Assembly (NCBI GenBank): GCA_019057795.1
Contig: JAHLWS010000070.1
Span: 1-64,000 of the forward strand
Direction: 5' to 3'
Origin: Promethearchaeota archaeon
GTDB lineage: Archaea; Asgardarchaeota; Lokiarchaeia; Sigyniarchaeales; SOKP01
DNA length: 64,000 nucleotides
Part shown: positions 30,070 through 41,243 of the stretch, piece by piece
Numbering within the stretch: position 1 is the stretch's first letter
Layout of the letters: every line of letters begins with the position of its first letter
The notes under the pieces: model-generated
Databases searched by the model: none
What the model was told of the DNA's origin: nothing
The model's input: the letters and a program-made list of their open reading frames with translations, nothing else
Position numbers and translations under genes: made by a program

Positions 30070-31307
30070 ATGCTTACAAAAATTAAAAATGGTTATAAAG
30101 AATATCCTAATGCGTTTAAAGTGTTGGTCCTCTCCACTTTCATTGACAGATTGGGATTTTTTTTATTATTTCCTTTTTTTGCATTGTATATAACCGCACA
30201 TTTTAATGTAGGAATGACCCAGGTAGGATTTCTATTTGCGATATTTTCGGCAGGAAATATAATCGGTGGTATAATCGGAGGTGCGTTAGCCGATAAATAT
30301 GGGCGTCGTGCTATGCTACTTGTTGGCTTGATTTCTAGCGGTGTAAACAGCATCTTCATGGGATTAGTTGATGATTTGAATATTTTTTACATCCTCGCTG
30401 CGTTTATGTGTTTAATGGGAAATTTTGGAGGTCCTGCGAGACAAGCAATGGTAGCAGATTTGCTTCCAAAAGAGAAATAAGCAGAGGGATTTGGGATTCT
30501 ACGGGTGGCTGTTAATCTTTCAGCAGCGATCGGTCCTATCTTTGGTGGAATTATAGCGACTCAATCTTATCTGCTTTTATTTATTGCAGATGCTGTAAGT
30601 AGTTTAATTACAGGTATTATTGTATTTTTGTCATTCCAGAAACGAAACCTGAAAAAAAAGAAGGCGAAGCAGAAGAAACAGTTGTGAAAACCGTGATAGG
30701 ATACAAAGAAGTTTTAAAAGATTGGAGATATATGTTGTTTCTCTCTGTATCTGCTATAACAGTGATTGTATACATGCAAATGAATGCCACCTTGTCGGTA
30801 TTTTTGCGTGATGTCCATGGATTTCCTACATTGTATTTTGGTTTTTTGTTAAGTATGAACGCGGTGATGGTGATATTTCAATTATGGATAACCAGGAAGA
30901 TGTCAAAATATTCTCCTATGAAAGTGATGGCTATAGGAACGCTGTTTTATATGGTTGGATTTGGTATGTACGGTTTTGTTTCAGAGTCATACCTATTTTT
31001 TATCGCTATGATAATTATTACTATAGGGGAGATGATTGAGATGCCTATTGGGCAAACTGCGGCAGCATCTTTTGCTCCTGAAGATAAACGAGGACGGTAT
31101 ATGGCAGTATTTGGCTTCCATTGGGCGATCCCTAATTTATTCGCTATTTTACTCGCGGGATTAGTAATGGAACATATTGGACCAAACTGGGTTTGGTATT
31201 TCGCATGTATTCTATCACTCTTTGCGGCGATAGGATTCTGGCTACTTCATGGAATTACAAAAGCTCGATTTTCTATAGAGAAGGAGTTACTCATTGAAGA
31301 AGTGTAA
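30070..31307 (+). pseudogene. MFS transporter pseudogene (MdtH-like)
   Basis: Motif A (GALADKYGRR). In-frame TAA at 30478-30480 followed by AEGFG; a 1-nt loss in the T run at 30625-30629 breaks ...VIPETKPE... No inserted hairpin at either lesion. Confidence 0.8.
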
Positions 31308-31442
31308 GAAATATGATTTTTAAAAAAATATTTATCTCTCACCGTTCTGGTTAAAATTGAATAATCAATTTTTTTTTAAACGTAAAAATAGGGCAAAACA
31401 AAAAGATTGGATATAAATTTTATACTTAATTAGTTTAATGAA

Positions 31443-32975
31443 ATGCAGTGGAAAAGAATTTTATTACTAGTCGCAAATTTTAAAACGACTGGTTATGATT
31501 TTTACGATTCGGCTTTTCCTCCCTTGGCACTTGAATATATAGCTGCGTATGTAGAGGATTTGGTTAAAGTAAAAATATTAGATTCTAAAGCAGCTAATTT
31601 AAATTTTTTTCAAGTAAAAAAAAAAATTGAAAAATTTAAGCCTGATTTAGTTGGTCTATCAGTTCCAGTCACAAGCTCTATAGATATTGTTTTAGAATAC
31701 GCAAAAATTGCTAAATTATATGGTGCAACAACAGTTATAGGCGGGTGGCATCCAACTTTAGCAGTTGAACAAACCTTATCTTCTCCATGGGTAGATATTT
31801 TAGTTAGAGGAGAGGGTGAATTTACTTTTCGTGAATTAATCAAAAAGGGTTCCCCAAAGTCTGTTAATGGTTTGTCATATAAAATAAATGGAAAAATGAT
31901 ACATAATCCAGATAGACAATTTTTAAAAAACTTGAATGAGTTAAAGCTTCCCTCTCGCCATCTTGTAGAAAAATATAAGTATAAAATATTTAATATGAAT
32001 TGCGACGCGATAGAAACATCTCGCGGATGCCCACAAGCATGTAAATTCTGTAGTACTAATGTGGTTTATAAGCAAACTTGGAGAGCTAGATCGGTAGAAA
32101 ATATAATAAAAGAATTGGAAATAGTATCAAAAAATAAAAGAGTCAAAGATGTTTTTTTTGTAGATGATAATATTCTTGTTAATATGAAACGGGTTGGGAG
32201 ATTATGTATTGAAATTATAAAAGGTAAAAGAGAAGGAAGAATTAAAAAAAAAATGTATTTTTTCTTTCAAGGACGCTTAGATTCCATGGCAAAACGACCA
32301 GGAGTTGTTAAATTAATGGCTGAAGCGGGCTTTTGGCTTGTTTTAGTAGGTGTTGAAGCAACCGATAATAGCCGATTAAAGAGTATTAAAAAAGGATGTA
32401 ATATAGAGCAAATTAAGAGAGGTATAGAGGTTTTACATCAAAACGGAATAGTAGTTATGGGAAATGTCATTCTTGGAATAAATCTAGATGATACATTGGA
32501 TGATGTTCTAATTACAATTAATAGAACTAGAGATTTAACTTTAGATTTACCTAGTTTTACATTGTTAACACCATTTCCAGCTACTGGTTTTTATGAAGAA
32601 ATGAAAGAGAAAGGTTTACTACTCACAGAAGATTATAGTAAATTCAATTGGTTAAATCCTGTAATAAAAACTCCAAATTTCAATTCGGAAGTTCTAAAAA
32701 AGTTATTATTTCTTGGATTTTATGCTAATGGTTTTTACGCTGGAAATTTAAGGAATAAAATTACTTTACTTCGTAGAACTATTAAATTAAGAGGATATTT
32801 TTATATTCTCCTTCCTACGAGAATATATCTAACAATTATTGCATATTTTAAATGGAAAAAAATTGTCCTCAATAACTTAAAAGGAATTAAAAAAAAAGAA
32901 ATAAAACAGATAAAATTAGGAAACCTGAATCAAATGAAGAATTTAAAAAATGAAATTTTAAAGCTAATGGATTAA
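31443..32975 (+). CDS. B12-binding domain radical SAM protein, paralog 1
   Basis: PPLALEYIA, GGWHPT, RGEGE, TSRGCPQACKFC, VDDN. Confidence 0.92.
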   Translation: MQWKRILLLVANFKTTGYDFYDSAFPPLALEYIAAYVEDLVKVKILDSKAANLNFFQVKKKIEKFKPDLVGLSVPVTSSIDIVLEYAKIAKLYGATTVIGGWHPTLAVEQTLSSPWVDILVRGEGEFTFRELIKKGSPKSVNGLSYKINGKMIHNPDRQFLKNLNELKLPSRHLVEKYKYKIFNMNCDAIETSRGCPQACKFCSTNVVYKQTWRARSVENIIKELEIVSKNKRVKDVFFVDDNILVNMKRVGRLCIEIIKGKREGRIKKKMYFFFQGRLDSMAKRPGVVKLMAEAGFWLVLVGVEATDNSRLKSIKKGCNIEQIKRGIEVLHQNGIVVMGNVILGINLDDTLDDVLITINRTRDLTLDLPSFTLLTPFPATGFYEEMKEKGLLLTEDYSKFNWLNPVIKTPNFNSEVLKKLLFLGFYANGFYAGNLRNKITLLRRTIKLRGYFYILLPTRIYLTIIAYFKWKKIVLNNLKGIKKKEIKQIKLGNLNQMKNLKNEILKLMD

Positions 32976-32979
32976 ATAA

Positions 32980-34449
32980 ATGGACGATGAAAAATTAAAA
33001 AATCAGAATTTTAATTGGGAGAAAATTCTATTAATTAAACCTAATTATAGAGCGACTGGTTGGGACTACTACAATATGGATTTTCCTCCAATCAATTTAA
33101 CATATATAGCTAGTTATTTAACTGACTTAGATGTTGAAATTGAAATTCTTGATGCAAAAGTAAAGAATTTAAATTATAACCAAATAAAGAAAAGGATTAA
33201 AAAATATAATCCAGATTTAGTAGGAATTTCCGTTTTTGTTTCTGCTGCGTTAGAAGTCTCAAATTCTATAGCGAAAATTGTAAAAGAAGTCAATTCAAAA
33301 TGCACTGTGGTATATGGGGGACGACACCCTACCTTTGAGCCCGATTCAACAATTAAATCTAATGAAGTCGATATTATAGTTAGAGGAGAAGGAGAGTTAA
33401 CATTTCGAGAATTAATTATTAAAGGTACTCCTAAAGACATAAAAGGTATTTCGTATAAATCTAATGGAAAAATAATTCATAATCCAGATAGGCCATTAAT
33501 TAAAAATTTTAAAGATATTAGATTTCCCGTAAGAAAATTTACAAAGAATAATAAATATAAGATGTTTACGGTGAGATTAGAAACAGTAGAAACTTCAAGA
33601 GGATGCCCATATACTTGTAAATTTTGTACAACACATATTTTCAATAATAATTTATGGAGACCACGACCAGTTGAAAAAATAATAGCAGAATTAAAAATCA
33701 TTTCTCAGAACAAGAAAATCACAGATATTTTTTTTGTAGACGATAATTTAACTGCTAATACTAAAAGAATTGAAAATTTATGCGAAAGAATAATTGAATG
33801 CAAAAAAAAGAAAGAAATTAATGATTTTAAATTTTTTGCGCAGATTAGAGTAGATTCTCTAGTTAAAGCGCCACAAATGGTAAATAAAATGTCCAAAGCA
33901 GGGTTTTGGGCTATTTTTATAGGAATTGAGAGCGTTAACGAGGACACTCTTAAAGAAATGAGAAAAGGATTCCAATTTAATAAGGTAATTGAAGCGTTAA
34001 GAATTTTGCATGATAATAATATAATAGCTATTGGAAATTTGATAATAGGGGTTGATTTAAATGAAACAGAAGAAGAAGTTATTAAAGAAATTAAATTTAT
34101 GAAAACTATTGATGTAGATATAGTTAGTTTTGTATTGTTAACTCCGTTTCCCGGAAGTGATACTATGAAAGAATTAGATGAGCAAGGTCTTGTTGTCTCT
34201 AAAGATTGGTCTAAATATACTGTCTTTGAACCTGTTATAAAAACTCATCAATTAAGCCCAAAGCAATTATATGATCTTTTATACTTTTCTTTCAGAGAGC
34301 TTAAGTATATTAATGATTGGAAAGGTTTAAGTTATCGCGTTCTTAAAACTCGAGGATTACTATTTTTACTTAACCCAAGACGTTTATTATCCTTAATAAA
34401 TTCCTTTTTAAAAGTGAGAACTTTATTCAAAGATTTTAAAAAAAGTTAG
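32980..34449 (+). CDS. B12-binding domain radical SAM protein, paralog 2
   Basis: GGRHPT, RGEGE, TSRGCPYTCKFC, VDDN, GIES, TPFPG. Confidence 0.92.
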   Translation: MDDEKLKNQNFNWEKILLIKPNYRATGWDYYNMDFPPINLTYIASYLTDLDVEIEILDAKVKNLNYNQIKKRIKKYNPDLVGISVFVSAALEVSNSIAKIVKEVNSKCTVVYGGRHPTFEPDSTIKSNEVDIIVRGEGELTFRELIIKGTPKDIKGISYKSNGKIIHNPDRPLIKNFKDIRFPVRKFTKNNKYKMFTVRLETVETSRGCPYTCKFCTTHIFNNNLWRPRPVEKIIAELKIISQNKKITDIFFVDDNLTANTKRIENLCERIIECKKKKEINDFKFFAQIRVDSLVKAPQMVNKMSKAGFWAIFIGIESVNEDTLKEMRKGFQFNKVIEALRILHDNNIIAIGNLIIGVDLNETEEEVIKEIKFMKTIDVDIVSFVLLTPFPGSDTMKELDEQGLVVSKDWSKYTVFEPVIKTHQLSPKQLYDLLYFSFRELKYINDWKGLSYRVLKTRGLLFLLNPRRLLSLINSFLKVRTLFKDFKKS

Positions 34450-34536
34450 GAAATTTATTTTACCATATCTTATAAATACATTATAATTCTTTTAATCGAC
34501 CATGCCCATTCAAATAATAAAAGGGAGTATAGAAAG

Positions 34537-34980
34537 ATGGAAGACGTAGAAAAAGAGGATAAGAAAGAAATTCCAAAATTTACTTGGGTTGTCCTAATTA
34601 TTCTGGGATGCATTGACCTATTTTGGGGTATAATGCACACCATATTTATTGATGAAGCTATTGCTCTTTTTGCCCACTTTGATTTAAGCGGTCCAATGGC
34701 AGGAGACCTAATGTTACAAATGACTGCGTTTGGAATTTCTAATTTAATCACCGGTGCAATGTTTATAATGATTGCATTAAAAGCAAGACAACTGGCAGAA
34801 ATAGTGTTAATATGCATTCCTGTTGCATATTTAATCGGAATAATTGCAATTAAGATAAAAAATATTGTTCCGCAGTCCGATCTTCTTGGGCAATATGGAA
34901 TGATGGTCTATCTTGTTGTCTGTATTATTACATTTATCGCAACGAGAGTGAAAATATGGCATGAAAATAAAAAGAAATGA
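34537..34980 (+). CDS. Hypothetical membrane protein (about 4 TM)
   Basis: Four hydrophobic segments; purine-rich sequence upstream of the ATG. Confidence 0.7.
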   Translation: MEDVEKEDKKEIPKFTWVVLIILGCIDLFWGIMHTIFIDEAIALFAHFDLSGPMAGDLMLQMTAFGISNLITGAMFIMIALKARQLAEIVLICIPVAYLIGIIAIKIKNIVPQSDLLGQYGMMVYLVVCIITFIATRVKIWHENKKK

Positions 34981-35002
34981 TATTTTTTTTTGAGTTTTTT
35001 AA

Positions 35003-36154
35003 TTATTGTTCAATTTCGAATATAACCTTAAGATATTCGTATTTAGAATTAAGTAATTTTAGTATATTTTTCGCAATTTTTCTTAGGTTTTGTGCGTGCA
35101 ATGGTTTCTCTTCTGCTTGTTCATCGTAGAAATCATGAATCATCCTTCTTGTTTTATCTACTCCGTTAGCATCCCAAAATTTTTCCCAATGAGTTGAGAT
35201 TCTACAGAGTGATTTTATCTTCTCGTCGGGATATTTAGGTTTATCTAAAATAATATCTTTGTATTTTTTAATAGCTTCGCCAACTTTTTCAAGGTGGTCC
35301 GCAATAGCAAAAGAATAACGATAAATGCTTATTAGATTTGATGTAGTTCTAGTATTTCGTGTATTGGCTGCCTGTTCAAAAGAATTCCATGCATCTAACC
35401 ATTCATTTTTGTGAATACCATCAATGTCATTGTTCACCATTGCTACATTTATAATATCGCTCAAATCTACATCATGACCTCTTTTAATTTTTTTATCAAA
35501 TATTTCCTTAAGACTTGACCCTTCAAGATAGCTCCCCGCCCCAAAATCAAGTAATTGATTAAGATTGTTTGCAGCAAATAATGTTTCGCGTCTAAATTCT
35601 TTAGTGTTAGGATTATTCCATTCAATTGTTTTTTCCCATTCTCCTGTATTTTTATTTTTTATGAAGCTACAATCTCTCAATGTTGAATCCAACAAATTTA
35701 TCTGAAACATCCAAAAATCAATGTCGTCTGTGAATCTTTTCCTTCTCCAATCTCTCGTAGTATACTTACCTAAATAGAGTTTCAATGTACCCCTAACTAA
35801 AGAAAATTTACCATGTTTTAACGCGTCGCGGGCTAATTCACAATAATGGTGATTAGGATCATTTGAACATTCTTCTAGTTTCTTAAGAATTTTACGAGCT
35901 TCTTCAGCTATAATATCACATGGGATACTTCCATCGGAAGGATAAGCTCTTGACCCTCCTTCAATAAAATTTTCAAAAAGTTCAAAATTGTTTTCTGGAA
36001 TCGAATACCAAGGATTATTAAAAGCAGCTTTACTAAAAATGTAATGAGTAAAACCGCTATCGTCTTTCCATGTTTTATCTAGTAGGGGTGAAACATCTCT
36101 GAGGTTATCTCCTTTTTTTACTGCGTCGGCTTTTATATCCCAAATTCCGTTCAT
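35003..36154 (-). CDS. Hypothetical protein with nucleotidyltransferase-like (AbiEii/pol-beta-like) motifs
   Basis: LVRGT.....R.RFTDDIDF and KK..RGHDVDLSDI. Confidence 0.45.
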   Translation of the reverse strand: MNGIWDIKADAVKKGDNLRDVSPLLDKTWKDDSGFTHYIFSKAAFNNPWYSIPENNFELFENFIEGGSRAYPSDGSIPCDIIAEEARKILKKLEECSNDPNHHYCELARDALKHGKFSLVRGTLKLYLGKYTTRDWRRKRFTDDIDFWMFQINLLDSTLRDCSFIKNKNTGEWEKTIEWNNPNTKEFRRETLFAANNLNQLLDFGAGSYLEGSSLKEIFDKKIKRGHDVDLSDIINVAMVNNDIDGIHKNEWLDAWNSFEQAANTRNTRTTSNLISIYRYSFAIADHLEKVGEAIKKYKDIILDKPKYPDEKIKSLCRISTHWEKFWDANGVDKTRRMIHDFYDEQAEEKPLHAQNLRKIAKNILKLLNSKYEYLKVIFEIEQ

Positions 36155-36301
36155 TGAAGAATCCTGCTTAATATTTAATAAAAATAAGAAATTTTTGAAA
36201 TTATTATTAAATTAAACTTTGCTATTATTAAAAAGGTAAAAATTATTTTTAAAAATTCTTTTATAATATAATATAAATAATATAACCATTTTTGCAAGAA
36301 T

Positions 36302-36979
36302 ATGAATAATTTCTTTTCAGTTTTTACATATACTCCTTGGGATAATCTTAATACAAAGTTGTTAGCTGAAGTCAAGTTATTATCACTTAAAAGTATAACC
36401 AAAAAGTTTCCCGTAATTGAACCAGAATTTTTTGATGACTTACTTTCAAACTTATATAATTTCAAGCATTATTCATGGGTTCAATGTATTAAAAGAATTA
36501 TCGGTCCTAATAATGAAGATTACGATATAGCCCCCTGGAATTTCATATGGGCAATGGATAATGAAGGAAGAATTTTTCAATTCTTAATTCAAAAAGAGAA
36601 AAAAGAATTTAAAGACTCACAAGCAACATTAGTAGCTTTAGCCCCTCCAGAATTAGGTAAATTATTTAATCAATATAAAGAAGGAGCCATATTACGAACT
36701 TTATCTTTACTAAATAATCCGAAAAAGATGAAATTTTTAATAGTTTTAGCACCTAAAGGTAAATCAATCGCTGAGGAACAACAATTAATTCAAGTTGATA
36801 AAAAGGCTTTAGAAAAATTAAAACTTATTAATAAACTAAGGCAATTGCCTAACATACAGGGCCAATGGTTCCCTACATCTGAAGTAAAATGTCCAATTTG
36901 TAAGGGACCATTAACAGAGATAAGTGATTATAAAGTTGGATTCGTGTGTCCACGATGTGGATTTAAAAAAGTGAAGTAA
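36302..36979 (+). CDS. Hypothetical protein with C-terminal zinc ribbon
   Basis: CPIC...CPRCG at the C-terminus. Confidence 0.7.
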   Translation: MNNFFSVFTYTPWDNLNTKLLAEVKLLSLKSITKKFPVIEPEFFDDLLSNLYNFKHYSWVQCIKRIIGPNNEDYDIAPWNFIWAMDNEGRIFQFLIQKEKKEFKDSQATLVALAPPELGKLFNQYKEGAILRTLSLLNNPKKMKFLIVLAPKGKSIAEEQQLIQVDKKALEKLKLINKLRQLPNIQGQWFPTSEVKCPICKGPLTEISDYKVGFVCPRCGFKKVK

Positions 36980-37078
36980 AACTAATTTTTTATTAAAACC
37001 TTTAATAATGATTTTTATTACATGATGTGATCTATAACTTATTATTGAACCGAAATATAAAAGGAGAATTTTCCAACT

Positions 37079-38617
37079 ATGTTTGTTGCAGCTTTAGACT
37101 TAGGAACTACGGGATGTAGGACATTTATTTTTGATATAACCGGATCTATTTTATCAAGTGATTATCAAGAGTGGGAGAGTTTTTATCCAGTACCTTCATA
37201 TGTGGAGCAAGATGCAAATTTATGGTGGGAGTCAATTAAAAAAACCATCGAAGTAGCCATAAAAAAGAGTGGAATCGACAAATCAGAAATTGTTAGTCTT
37301 TCCGTAACAAATCAACGAGAAACAATCGTACCTGTTGATAAGGAAGGAACCCTATTACATAACGCATTAGTTTGGCAAGATAGACGGACAACTGAACAAG
37401 TAGACTTTATAAAAAATAAAATAGGAATAGAAAAAATTTATAGTACTACGGGTTTAACAATAGATCCGTATTTTTCAGCTACAAAGATTCTTTGGTTCAA
37501 AGATAAGAAGCCGAACATCTACCAGAAGACTCATAAATTTTTATTGGTATCTGATTACATAATTTATAAACTAACAGGACAATATGTTAGTGATTTTAGT
37601 AATTTAAGTAGAACGATGTTATTTGATATAAATAAACTCAAATATTCAGAAGATATTGCCTCTGAGTTAGAAATAGATTTGGATAAAATGCCAGATGCTA
37701 TTGAAAGCGGAGTTGATATAGGGGAGATCGTTACAGAAGAGACTTTATTCGATAAAAAAACCTTGGTTATTACGGGTGCCGGGGATCAACAAGCAGCAGC
37801 CCTCGGAGTGGGTGTCGTCTCTCCGGGGAGAATAAAATTAACGACCGGAACTGGAAGTTTTATTTTAGCTTATTTGGAAAAACCCAATTTCGATCCCCAA
37901 AAGCGAGTATTATGTAGTTGTCACGCAATCCCGGGAGCTTGGATCCAAGAAGCAAGTATTTTTACAAGTGGGGCTTTTCTAAGGTGGTTTAGGGATCAAC
38001 TCGGAAAAGAAGAAAGCATATTAGCTGAAGAACAAAATCAAGATCCTTACGTAATTCTAACGGAAGAAGCTGAAAAGTCTCCTATTGGTGCTAATGGGCT
38101 ATTAGCAATCCCCCACTTAGTTGGTGCTGGAGCACCACATTGGAATCCATATGCGAGAGGTATAATTTATGGTTTATCTTTAGGTCATAAAAGAAGAGAT
38201 ATCGTTAGAGCGATTCTTGAAGGAGTAGCATTTGAAGTCAAAAAGAATATTGAAGTTTTTAGAAAGCTAGGGATTGAAACAAAAGAATTAAGACTAACTG
38301 GAGGGGGTTCTCGCTCAGATTTTTGGAATCAAATTTTTTCCGATGTATTAGGTGTAACATGCGTCAGAAATGTTATTGAAGAGGCTACATCGTTGGGAGC
38401 AGCAATATTAGCGGCTACGGGAGCGGGATTGTTTTCAGATATCGCCAAAGCTGCCGAAAATGTGTGTAAAGTAGATAATAGATGGAATCCTGATTTAAAC
38501 CGACAGGAGTTTTATCAAGATATTTACAAATTATCGAATGATTTATACAAGATTTTGAATGAGAAAAATTTTTACAGAACTTACTTTAATATGCTTCAAT
38601 ATAAAAAATCTGATTAA
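37079..38617 (+). CDS. FGGY-family carbohydrate kinase (xylulokinase/glycerol kinase-like)
   Basis: DLGTTG, TNQRET, WQDRR, GDQQAA, EGVAF, GGGSRS. Confidence 0.92.
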   Translation: MFVAALDLGTTGCRTFIFDITGSILSSDYQEWESFYPVPSYVEQDANLWWESIKKTIEVAIKKSGIDKSEIVSLSVTNQRETIVPVDKEGTLLHNALVWQDRRTTEQVDFIKNKIGIEKIYSTTGLTIDPYFSATKILWFKDKKPNIYQKTHKFLLVSDYIIYKLTGQYVSDFSNLSRTMLFDINKLKYSEDIASELEIDLDKMPDAIESGVDIGEIVTEETLFDKKTLVITGAGDQQAAALGVGVVSPGRIKLTTGTGSFILAYLEKPNFDPQKRVLCSCHAIPGAWIQEASIFTSGAFLRWFRDQLGKEESILAEEQNQDPYVILTEEAEKSPIGANGLLAIPHLVGAGAPHWNPYARGIIYGLSLGHKRRDIVRAILEGVAFEVKKNIEVFRKLGIETKELRLTGGGSRSDFWNQIFSDVLGVTCVRNVIEEATSLGAAILAATGAGLFSDIAKAAENVCKVDNRWNPDLNRQEFYQDIYKLSNDLYKILNEKNFYRTYFNMLQYKKSD

Positions 38618-38720
38618 AGCTTTTACTTCTTTATATTTTCCCTAAAAGTATGCTATAATAATCAATTTTAAATATTTAGAATGCTATAAATCTTTTAAAT
38701 AAAATAATTTAGTGAAAAAA

Positions 38721-39347
38721 ATGGAAGAATATCAACCTAGTCCAATGATTGAACCTAGACCAAAAGTTGAATATAATAAAGCTCAAAGAATTACTGCTAC
38801 AGTATTTTATGTTTTAATCGTTGCATCATGTTTAGTAATTATTGGAGGTGCAGTTTATTCGCTTGGAGATTTTGTCACTCCTACTGGTAAAATGGAAGCA
38901 TTTTTAGCATTAAATCTCGGTTACCAAATAGCTATTATAGGGGCATTCTTAGCAGGTTTATTTTTTCTTCTGATTTTCTTTTTTGGGTTGTTTAAAAAAG
39001 GACGGAAATGGATATTAAGAATCGCATTTAAGAGAAGGGAAGTCGAAGAACAATATAAGAATAGAATAAATGTAAAAATTGTTGCTGGTGGGTTATTATT
39101 AAGTATAATTGCAATTATTATTGGAATAGTATATGCTGTTATTGAAGAAATTTTATTGGGTTCTCCTAGTGGTTCACCACTTTCAGGTCTATTGAGTTCC
39201 TTTTCAATTGGGAATTGGGTGTTATTTATAGGAATTTCACTATTATCTATTTCGTTTACTGGACTTTTTCTGATTTACTTTTGGAAAAATGGGTATATCA
39301 TGATACTTAAAATTATGGGGACATTAGAAAAAGAAGAAAATGAATAA
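38721..39347 (+). CDS. Hypothetical membrane protein (4 TM, internal duplication)
   Basis: Two TM-hairpin repeats ending FKKGRKWILRI and WKNGYIMILKI. Confidence 0.7.
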   Translation: MEEYQPSPMIEPRPKVEYNKAQRITATVFYVLIVASCLVIIGGAVYSLGDFVTPTGKMEAFLALNLGYQIAIIGAFLAGLFFLLIFFFGLFKKGRKWILRIAFKRREVEEQYKNRINVKIVAGGLLLSIIAIIIGIVYAVIEEILLGSPSGSPLSGLLSSFSIGNWVLFIGISLLSISFTGLFLIYFWKNGYIMILKIMGTLEKEENE

Positions 39348-39452
39348 ACTTCATGAAATTGAAAAATTTTTTCTTTATTTTTACAGTTATTTAAATCAGT
39401 AAATTCACCCTCTTATCTTATTTTTATTAATTAGGCGTCATATCTAAAATCA

Positions 39453-40979
39453 ATGCTCTTTAAGGTTGGTATTGTTTTTAATTTTCTTCAATTGCCTGAT
39501 GTTTCTAAATATCCATTCGTAATTAACAAACGAAATGACCATATAATTGTTAAAAAGGGATTGTTTGTATCCACTAAAACAATTGAGGGTTATTTAATCG
39601 GCATAATTGAGAAAATTGTTTTAGTAAACGAATATTTCTCGGATGCCTTAACAATAAAATCTTATAACAGCGAAAACAATCCCAATATTCTCAAAGGGCT
39701 ATTTCCTAGTGATGATTTTGAATATGCTATTGCTATCGTTAGGAATTTAGGGATAATAGAGTTTAAAGAGGATAGCGAAGAAGAAATTAGATTAATATCA
39801 AGGATGACATATCCTGCGAGTCCCGGTAAAGAAGTTTATTTGGTAGAAGAAGACATTCTCAATAATTTTATAGGTTTAGATAAAGAGCATGGTTTAAATT
39901 TAGGAAAATTAAAGGTATCAAATGTCGATGCTTATATAAACATGAATCGATTATTGAATAAACACCTTGCTATTCTTTCGATATCGGGAGGTGGTAAAAG
40001 TTATCTTACTTCTATTATTATTGAAGAATTATTAACAAGAAATAAAACTTTTGGAACACCCGCAATTATAATGATTGATGTCCATGGAGAATACAAGTAT
40101 CTAAGTGCAACCTCTACGATAAAAAATAAAGTTAAGGTTATAGACACTTCATATTTTCAAATTTCTGTACCTAGATTGAGTGCTTATTCTTTTAAAAAAT
40201 ACCAAGAGCAAATATCTAATGTCCAAATAAGAGAATTATCTAAGTACATTAAAAAGTTAAGAAAAAATAAAGATATAAAGAATAATTATAATCTAAATAA
40301 CATTATAGATGTAATTGAAAAAGAAACTGACGGTAATAAAAGTACAAAGCAAGCATTAGTGGGGTGGCTTTCTGAATTAGAACATTTAACCCTTTTTGGT
40401 TCGCAAGAAAATCCAATTTTAAAAAAAGTCATAAATCAAGGAGAAATTACTATTTTTAATCTTCAAAACGAAATTTCGATTCGCAAAAAACAAATTATAG
40501 TTGATTATATTTGTAGTCGTTTGTTTTATCTAAGAAGAATGAATGAAATTCCCCCTTTTTTATTAATTATTGAAGAGGCTCACCAATTTTCTCCTGAAGC
40601 TGCTCATTCTAAGGCACTATCTAAATCTATAATTGAAACTATCGCCAGAGAGGGAAGGAAATTCATGGCGTGTTTATGTTTAATAAGCCAAAGACCCAAA
40701 AAGTTAAGCACAACGGCTCTATCCCAAATTAACTCAAAGTTAATTCTAAATATTAAGAACCCATACGATTTAAAGCATTTAATGGATAGTTCAGAATCTA
40801 TCACTAAAGAATACGCTGACATGATTTCAAGTTTAGGAGTAGGTGAAATGTTATTGATGGGTAATGCTGTAAATTATCCAATATTTTTAAAAATAAGGGA
40901 GAGAAAATTTATATCTCAAACTGAAAATATATCTTTAACTCAAGTGTGTTTAAATTGGAAAAAATTCCAATCAATTTAA
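39453..40979 (+). CDS. HerA/DUF87-family ATPase
   Basis: HLAILSISGGGKS, IDVHGEY, IEEAH, IAREGRKF, ISQRP. Confidence 0.88.
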   Translation: MLFKVGIVFNFLQLPDVSKYPFVINKRNDHIIVKKGLFVSTKTIEGYLIGIIEKIVLVNEYFSDALTIKSYNSENNPNILKGLFPSDDFEYAIAIVRNLGIIEFKEDSEEEIRLISRMTYPASPGKEVYLVEEDILNNFIGLDKEHGLNLGKLKVSNVDAYINMNRLLNKHLAILSISGGGKSYLTSIIIEELLTRNKTFGTPAIIMIDVHGEYKYLSATSTIKNKVKVIDTSYFQISVPRLSAYSFKKYQEQISNVQIRELSKYIKKLRKNKDIKNNYNLNNIIDVIEKETDGNKSTKQALVGWLSELEHLTLFGSQENPILKKVINQGEITIFNLQNEISIRKKQIIVDYICSRLFYLRRMNEIPPFLLIIEEAHQFSPEAAHSKALSKSIIETIAREGRKFMACLCLISQRPKKLSTTALSQINSKLILNIKNPYDLKHLMDSSESITKEYADMISSLGVGEMLLMGNAVNYPIFLKIRERKFISQTENISLTQVCLNWKKFQSI

Positions 40980-41243
40980 GCCTTGCAGAATTTCTTCTCT
41001 AATTCTTTGAGATTTTTTGTTAAGCACAATCATCTTTTTGGTTTTTGAGACTCGGAAGACATTAATAATAGTTCGGCTTTCTAATTTCATCAATAATTCT
41101 TCTAACATCAATGGGTTAATGTAAGGGAATTCCTTTTTAAGTAGTTCTTCCAATCGTTTATTTAATACTTCTCCTTTATTTTTAATCAGAATATCGATTA
41201 AAGAATTTACTACAGGCTTTTGATTCCAACGTTGTGTTTCGAT
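40971..41243 (-). CDS. Small hypothetical (winged-helix-like) protein downstream of cdc48; start uncertain (TTG 41153, or ATC 41243 / ATA 41246)
   Basis: Frame is open 30 codons upstream of the TTG, up to an AGGTGA motif at 41250-41255. Confidence 0.6.
   Translation of the reverse strand: METQRWNQKPVVNSLIDILIKNKGEVLNKRLEELLKKEFPYINPLMLEELLMKLESRTIINVFRVSKTKKMIVLNKKSQRIREEILQGLN

Noticed and set aside
30070-31307. MFS disruption as introns or stop-codon recoding
   Set aside because: The lesions are a point TAA (not TGA or TAG) and a 1-nt loss in a T run, with no extra sequence or BHB. This is an ordinary pseudogene or a sequencing error.
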